The notes under the pieces: generated by a model
Databases searched by the model: none
Told to the model about the DNA's origin: nothing
What the model saw: the letters and a program-made list of their open reading frames with translations, nothing else
Translations under genes and position numbers: made by a program
Source: Candidatus Methylomirabilia bacterium
Lineage (GTDB): Bacteria; Methylomirabilota; Methylomirabilia; Rokubacteriales; CSP1-6
Reading direction: 5' to 3'
NCBI GenBank assembly: GCA_041496385.1
Contig: JBGQEL010000070.1
Span: 1 to 22,054 of the forward strand
Length of the DNA stretch: 22,054 bases
Shown here: one piece after another, positions 14,187-22,054 of the stretch
Numbering within the stretch: the stretch's first letter is position 1
Layout of the letters: each line of letters begins with the position of its first letter

Positions 14187-14235
14187 AGCCCCACCATGGC
14201 GGCAGCTCGACGCTCTGGAGAACGGAGGCGCTCTC

Positions 14236-14436
14236 ATGATGTTGTTCAAGCTGGGCGAGGAGATCGACCATCGGGGGGAGGATCTGGAGTGCCCCGAGTG
14301 CTACGAAGAGTATCCCGAGCCCTGCCCGTGCGGCGGGCTCATCCATGCGGCCGCCGGCGAGATCGACGCCGAGGGGAACCCCACGCTGCTGACCCAGTGC
14401 GACCGCTGCGGCCGATCGGAGGATGAAGAGCCATGA
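14236..14436 (+). CDS. Small acidic Cys-rich (putative Zn/Fe-binding) protein, 66 aa
   Basis: H...CPEC...CPCGGLIH...CDRC; GGAGG SD at ~14224. Confidence 0.8.
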   Translation: MMLFKLGEEIDHRGEDLECPECYEEYPEPCPCGGLIHAAAGEIDAEGNPTLLTQCDRCGRSEDEEP

Positions 14437-14600
14437 AGAGGCCGGCAGGACCGCCGAAACCCACGACCTCGTCTCCGCGCGTGAAGCGTCGGTTGAAGAC
14501 CGCGTACGCGACCGTAAGGAAAGGCGACGTGTTGATGCAGGCCGAGCTTCCGCCCCGGACCGTGTGGGGCGCGAAGTCCCGCAAGATCAAGAAAATGTAG
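14433..14600 (+). CDS. Possible small basic protein, 55 aa
   Basis: Manual translation MKRPAGPPKPTTSSPRVKRRLKTAYATVRKGDVLMQAELPPRTVWGAKSRKIKKM*; ATGA overlap with the upstream stop, GGAGG upstream; fills the gap up to the convergent gene. Confidence 0.45.
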   Translation: MKRPAGPPKPTTSSPRVKRRLKTAYATVRKGDVLMQAELPPRTVWGAKSRKIKKM

Positions 14601-17385
14601 CGCGCTCCTCGACGCGCGGCTCGCCCGAGCCCCTGACGATCTCGGCGCGCACCAGGTCGCGCAGCCGGACCATCTCGCGCCACTCTGTGGTCTCGGGAAG
14701 CACCGGCGCGCCGATCGTGACCGTGATCGCTCCCCGTCGCGGCAGCCATGCGTAGGCCGGCAGGACGTCGCGCGTCCCTCGCAGCGCGATCGGGATGACA
14801 GGGCACTTGGCCTCGACCGCGGCCTTGAAGGCGCCGAGCCTGAACTGACGCACACCGGGCGCGCTGACGAACGTGCCCTCGGGAAAGAAGAGCAGCGAGA
14901 CGCCCTCCCGGAGTGCGCGGGCCACGCGGTCGGCGTCGGCCACGCTCCGCGAGAGGTCCACGCGCTCCACGGTGAGGTGGCCGACCTTCCGGATCACGGT
15001 GCCGATCAGCGGCGCCTCGGCGAGCTCGCGCTTGGCGACGAACCGGAACTCGGCGGGGATCGCGGCGACGAGCGCGACCGCGTCGACATAGCTCGCGTGG
15101 TTGGAGGCGAAAAGGACGGTCCCCGCCCGCGGGAGGTGCTCGAGCCCCTCGACGCGGAGCTCGCAGCCTGCCAGCCGGAGCACGGCGCGGCACCAGCCCC
15201 GCACGACGCGGTCCACGACGCGCCCGCGCAGGACGAGCACCAGCAGCCAGAGGACGGGAAAGGCGACGGCGAGAACCGTGCCCACGCGGACGCCGTAAGC
15301 AAGACCTGCGGCGAGCGCCGGCGCCCGGCGGAGCCGCGCCGCCCAGTCCCGGAGGATCAGGCGGGCCCACTGGCCCCGCGCCGAGCGCCGGACCTCGAGG
15401 CGCCCCGCCAGGTAGAGCTCGCGCGTCGCGCTCCGGCGCACCTTGCCGCTCGGCGTCTTGAGCACCGTGCCGGGCGCGGCGATCACGACGGTGTCGGGCG
15501 GGACGCCGACGGCAGCGACGACTCGCGCGACGACGCTCGCCCGGAGCCGTTCGCGGGCGTCCGGCGCGGTCTCGCGGGTCTCGGCGACGACCACGAGCCG
15601 CTCGGTGCCGATGGCGGGGTCGGCGACCCCGAAGGCGGCCACGCAGCCCTTCCGGATGCCCGGCGCATCGCCCGCGAGCTCCTCGATCTCCTGCGGATGC
15701 AGGTTGCGCCCCGCCTTGATGATGAGGTCCTTGCGCCGGCCCGTGACGAACAGCTCGCCCTCCGCCACGTAGCCGAGATCCCCGGAGTCGCACCAGCCTT
15801 CACGGAACGCCGCGCGCGTGGCCTCCGGATTCCGAAAATAACCCCGGGTGACCGACGGCCCACGGAACTCGATACGGCCCTCGGCGCGCTCGGCCATGGC
15901 CCGGCCCGCGGCGTCGACGACGCGGATCTCGTGGCCGGGCAGGGCGCGGCCACACGAGACGACGCGGCCCTTGACGCGCGGCCGGCGGCCCGGCGGACAG
16001 ACGGTGAGGCCCACCGACGCTTCCGCCAGACCGTACGTGGGGCACATCGCCTCCGGGCGGAAGCCGTAGGGGGCGAAGCGGCGCGCGAAGCGCGCGATCG
16101 TCTCGGCGCTCACGGACTCGGAGCCGTTGAGCGCGAGCCGCCACGTCGAGAGATCGAGGCCACGGATCTCGTCCTCGGCGACCTTGCGCACGCACAGGTC
16201 GAACGCGAAGTTCGGCGCGGGCGAGACGGTGCCGCGATGCGCGTGGAGCGCCCAGAGCCAGCGCGCGGGGCGGGCGAGGAAGGCGAGCGGCGAGAGGATC
16301 GCGATCGGGATGCCGAAGTAAAGGGCGCCGAGCCACGCGCCGATGAGCCCCATGTCGTGGTACAGCGGCAGCCAGCTCACCGCGACGTCGTCGGGGCGGA
16401 TCTCGATCGCCTCGCCGATGGCCCGGATGTTCGCCAGGAGGTTGCCGTGCGAGAGGAGCACGCCCTTCGGCGCGCCCGTCGAGCCCGACGTGTACTGGAT
16501 CAGGGCGGCGTCGTCGCCGGCCACGCGCACCGCGGGCGGGCGCGCCCCGGCCCGGACCAGGTCCTCCACCGAGACGACCTCCGCGAGCGAGGCCGTCCGG
16601 GCGCGCAGGAGCGCGGCGACGCGCTCGGCGCGCGCGAACGTCACGAGCAGGCGCGCCTGGGCGTTGTCGAGGATCCCCAGCTGGCGGGTGGCGTACTCCT
16701 CGATGCGATCGGGTCGATACGGCGGGTACATCGGGACGGGGACGGCGCCCAGGAGCAGCACGCCGAAGAACGCGGCGAAGAACGGCTCCTCGGTCCGCAG
16801 CATGATCGCGACGGACTCGCCCGGCCGGACTCCGCGCTCGCGCAGCCCGGCGGCGACGGCGGCCGCCCGCTCCCAGAGGGCGCGATACGTGATCGGCCGC
16901 TCCGCCTCGTCCTCTTCGCGGAGGAAGATGTGCACGCGCTCTGGGTCGTGCTCGGCGTGCCAGGCGAGCGCCTCCACGAGCGTCGCGGCCGAGGCGGGCG
17001 CGGCCAGGCCGCCGGCGAGCGGCGCCACGCGCTCCGGCGGGCGCTCCGGAGGCATGGGACGCGCAGCGAGGAGCGCCCGCGCGAGGTCGCGCGGGCTCTG
17101 GGCGTCGATCATCGCCGCGTCCGAGAGCCGGACGCCGAAGGCCTGCTCGAGGCGTAGCAGCAGCTCGACACGCTCCAGGCTGCCGATGCCGAGGTCGCGC
17201 TCGAGCGACTGGTCCGGACCGATCGTCCGCGGGGCGAGCGCGCCGCCGAGCTCCGCCGTGAGCCCGGCGACGATCTCGAGCACGCGCGCCTCGACGCGCG
17301 CACGCGAGTCGGCGTGAGCGGGCTCGGCGCCCGCGGGCAACGTCGCCGAGGATGGAGCGGGGTCCGGCCGGGATCGAGTCGTCAC
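14587..17385 (-). CDS. ACP + FAAL-like fatty acyl adenylation domain + PlsC-type acyltransferase fusion (~932 aa)
   Basis: ACP motif DLGIGSLERVEL; QYTSGSTGAPKG, SWLPLYHDMGLIG, YGLAEA, DSGDLG, KTPSGKVRR; acyltransferase NHASYVD, FVAKREL, FFPEGT. GTG 17385 with GGAGGAGG SD. Confidence 0.92.
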   Translation of the reverse strand: MTTRSRPDPAPSSATLPAGAEPAHADSRARVEARVLEIVAGLTAELGGALAPRTIGPDQSLERDLGIGSLERVELLLRLEQAFGVRLSDAAMIDAQSPRDLARALLAARPMPPERPPERVAPLAGGLAAPASAATLVEALAWHAEHDPERVHIFLREEDEAERPITYRALWERAAAVAAGLRERGVRPGESVAIMLRTEEPFFAAFFGVLLLGAVPVPMYPPYRPDRIEEYATRQLGILDNAQARLLVTFARAERVAALLRARTASLAEVVSVEDLVRAGARPPAVRVAGDDAALIQYTSGSTGAPKGVLLSHGNLLANIRAIGEAIEIRPDDVAVSWLPLYHDMGLIGAWLGALYFGIPIAILSPLAFLARPARWLWALHAHRGTVSPAPNFAFDLCVRKVAEDEIRGLDLSTWRLALNGSESVSAETIARFARRFAPYGFRPEAMCPTYGLAEASVGLTVCPPGRRPRVKGRVVSCGRALPGHEIRVVDAAGRAMAERAEGRIEFRGPSVTRGYFRNPEATRAAFREGWCDSGDLGYVAEGELFVTGRRKDLIIKAGRNLHPQEIEELAGDAPGIRKGCVAAFGVADPAIGTERLVVVAETRETAPDARERLRASVVARVVAAVGVPPDTVVIAAPGTVLKTPSGKVRRSATRELYLAGRLEVRRSARGQWARLILRDWAARLRRAPALAAGLAYGVRVGTVLAVAFPVLWLLVLVLRGRVVDRVVRGWCRAVLRLAGCELRVEGLEHLPRAGTVLFASNHASYVDAVALVAAIPAEFRFVAKRELAEAPLIGTVIRKVGHLTVERVDLSRSVADADRVARALREGVSLLFFPEGTFVSAPGVRQFRLGAFKAAVEAKCPVIPIALRGTRDVLPAYAWLPRRGAITVTIGAPVLPETTEWREMVRLRDLVRAEIVRGSGEPRVEERATFS

Positions 17386-17438
17386 GTGGGAGCGTTCCTC
17401 CTCCGAGCGCGCGCGGAGTGCGCCAGAGCGAGACGCCC

Positions 17439-17453
17439 GCAAATGCGATGCCC
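17439..17453 (-). promoter_or_regulatory. sigma-54 promoter for ACP-FAAL-PlsC gene
   Basis: Minus strand GGGCAT-CGCAT-TTGC. Confidence 0.75.
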
Positions 17454-17506
17454 GCCGCGCCTCCGCGCCAACCGGGCGAATTGTCGGCGCTCTCCGGCGT
17501 CCGGGT

Positions 17507-17544
17507 GCGGGCAGGGGCGCCTCACGTGGGACACGCGGACCCCA
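17507..17544. promoter_or_regulatory. Putative tandem enhancer sites, region 4
   Basis: GCGGG-CAGGGGCG-CCTCA (17507-17524), 2-nt gap, TGGGA-CACGCGGA-CCCCA (17527-17544). Confidence 0.62.
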
Positions 17545-17613
17545 CTCCGAGCGGGGGGCGCCCCCGGCGCCGCTCAACCCGCGGATTTCTCGCGTCGTGG
17601 CGCGGCCGTACGG

Positions 17614-17628
17614 TGGCACCCGATTTGC
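17614..17628 (+). promoter_or_regulatory. sigma-54 promoter for P-type ATPase-USP operon
   Basis: Exact consensus TGGCAC-CCGAT-TTGC. Confidence 0.82.
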
Positions 17629-17646
17629 CCCGATGAACTCTTGCTC

Positions 17647-20768
<3,122 letters not shown>

Positions 20769-20772
<4 letters not shown>

Positions 20773-21215
20773 AACGCTTCCGCCGCATCCTGCACCCGAC
20801 CGATTTCTCCAAGGCCTCCGGGCCGGCGTTCCGCCGCGCCCTGGCGCTGGCGCGCCAGAACCGCGCCGAGCTCCGCCTCGTCCACGTCGTGATCCCGCGG
20901 GCGCTCGTCCTCGAGGACAGTTTCATGACGGCGAAGACGTGGCAGGCGATCACCGAGGCCGACCGCCGTGACGCCGCGCGCAGGCTCCGGGCGCTGAGCG
21001 CACGGGCGAAGAACGCCGGCGCGCGCGCGCGCGCGGCCCTCCTCCAGGGGATCCCGTTCGAGCAGATCGTCCGCGAGGCGCGCCGTCGCCGCGCCGACCT
21101 CGTCGTGATGGGGACGCACGGCCGGACCGGCGTCGCGCGCTTCTTCCTCGGCAGCGTCGCCTCGCGTGTGCTCGCGCTGGCGACCTGCCCCGTGCTGACC
21201 GTCCGCGGCCGCTAG
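20769..21215 (+). CDS. Universal stress protein (UspA family, ATP-binding type), 148 aa
   Basis: FRRILHPTDFS, LVHV, DLVVMGTHGRTGVARFFLGSVA, CPVLTV; ATGA overlap with the ATPase stop; AAAGGAG SD. Confidence 0.95.
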
Positions 21216-21261
21216 GAGTCCGTCACGCCCCGCGCCGCCGCCTCCGCGTTCATCTCCGCGA

Positions 21262-21300
21262 TTGACGCGCCCGCGTCGCTCTGATAGATGTCTAGACATC
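21262..21300 (+). promoter_or_regulatory. sigma-70-type promoter overlapped by a HutC/GntR operator palindrome
   Basis: TTGACG (21262) - 17 nt - TAGATG (21285); perfect 14-bp palindrome GATGTCTAGACATC (21287-21300) matching the HutC-subfamily GT-N-TA-N-AC consensus. Confidence 0.78.
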
Positions 21301-21323
21301 CTGACAGCGGGAGGCCCATCGGA

Positions 21324-22049
21324 GTGAACTACCGGCCAGGGATTCCCCGGTATCTGCAGATCGCCGACGCGATCCGTCACGACCTGCGCGGCGAGGGCGA
21401 GCGCATCCCCTCGGAGCACGCGCTCTGCAAGCAGTTCAAGGTGAGCCGCCCGACCGTCCGGCAGGCGCTCGACGTCCTGGTCGAGGAGGGGCTGCTCTAC
21501 CGCCACGCCGGGCGCGGCACCTTCTCGACGCCGTCGGGCGTCGCCGACCGCAAGCTCCGCGTGATCGGTTCGGTCGGCGACATGATGGCGCTCGGCGACG
21601 AGACGTGGTTCAAGCTCGTCGGGCGCGAGGTCGTGATCGTGCCGGCGAACATCGCGCAGGCGCTCAAGCTGCCGCCCCGCTCGTCGGTCTATCGCATCAG
21701 CGGCGTCCGCCATGCGGACAACGGGCCGTTCCAGCACGTGACGGCGTACCTGCCGCTGACGATCGGCACGGCGCTCTCGGACGAGGACCTCTCGAAGACC
21801 TCGCTCATCGGCGCGGTCGAGCGCGTGCTCGGCGTCCAGATCAAGCTCATGGAGCAGGTCGTGGACGCGGCGCTCGCGCCGCGGCAGATCGCCGAGCTCC
21901 TCCAAGTGCGGCCGCGCTCGCCGCTGCTCCTCTTCGAGCGCACCTACTTCGCGGCGAGCGGCGAGCCCGTCGAGTACGCGATCACCTATCAGACGAGCCG
22001 GCGCTACCCGTACCGGCTCGTCCTGGCCCGCGCCGACCGGCGGACCTGA
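21324..22049 (+). CDS. GntR-family (HutC subfamily, UTRA domain) transcriptional regulator
   Basis: PRYLQIAD..IPSEHALCKQFKVSRPTVRQAL..GRGTF wHTH plus UTRA (ERTYF...PVEYA). GTG 21324 with GGGAGG SD is preferred over ATG 21288, which lies inside the operator. Confidence 0.93.
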   Translation: MNYRPGIPRYLQIADAIRHDLRGEGERIPSEHALCKQFKVSRPTVRQALDVLVEEGLLYRHAGRGTFSTPSGVADRKLRVIGSVGDMMALGDETWFKLVGREVVIVPANIAQALKLPPRSSVYRISGVRHADNGPFQHVTAYLPLTIGTALSDEDLSKTSLIGAVERVLGVQIKLMEQVVDAALAPRQIAELLQVRPRSPLLLFERTYFAASGEPVEYAITYQTSRRYPYRLVLARADRRT

Positions 22050-22054
22050 AACGG

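Noticed and set aside
14001..14235. Cobalamin riboswitch or NrdR box upstream of nrdJ
   Set aside because: No recognisable B12-box or NrdR palindrome, and the predicted leader is only ~2 nt. An Rfam scan would settle it.

Overview
Very GC-rich bacterial chromosomal segment; the composition and gene style suggest Rokubacteria/Methylomirabilota, but that is inference only. About 21 kb is a stress/low-oxygen-type gene island: RpoD-family sigma factor (partial), malic-enzyme relic, DUF2267, CBS protein, FBP aldolase/phosphatase, a secreted QAPR-repeat protein, a small CxxC helical protein, LonC-type protease, BRCT-less LigA, HAD-ATPase fusion, long-chain acyl-CoA ligase, class II RNR (NrdJ), a mini Zn-finger protein, an ACP-FAAL-PlsC fusion, a P-type ATPase with a PTS-EIIA-like N-terminus and a USP. 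A separately regulated HutC-type GntR gene follows. The main discovery is the regulatory layout. The island has four divergent intergenic regions, each with back-to-back sigma-54 (-24/-12) promoters, giving one for each of the 8 transcription units. Each region also holds tandem 18-bp TG(G/A/T/C)GG-N8-(C/T)CNCA-type sites about 50-135 bp upstream of the promoters. This looks like a physically clustered regulon run by one enhancer-binding protein, functionally reminiscent of the mycobacterial DosR dormancy regulon. It includes a probable sigma54-to-sigma70 cascade and several nearly leaderless mRNAs. No CRISPR array, rRNA, tRNA or mobile element was seen.
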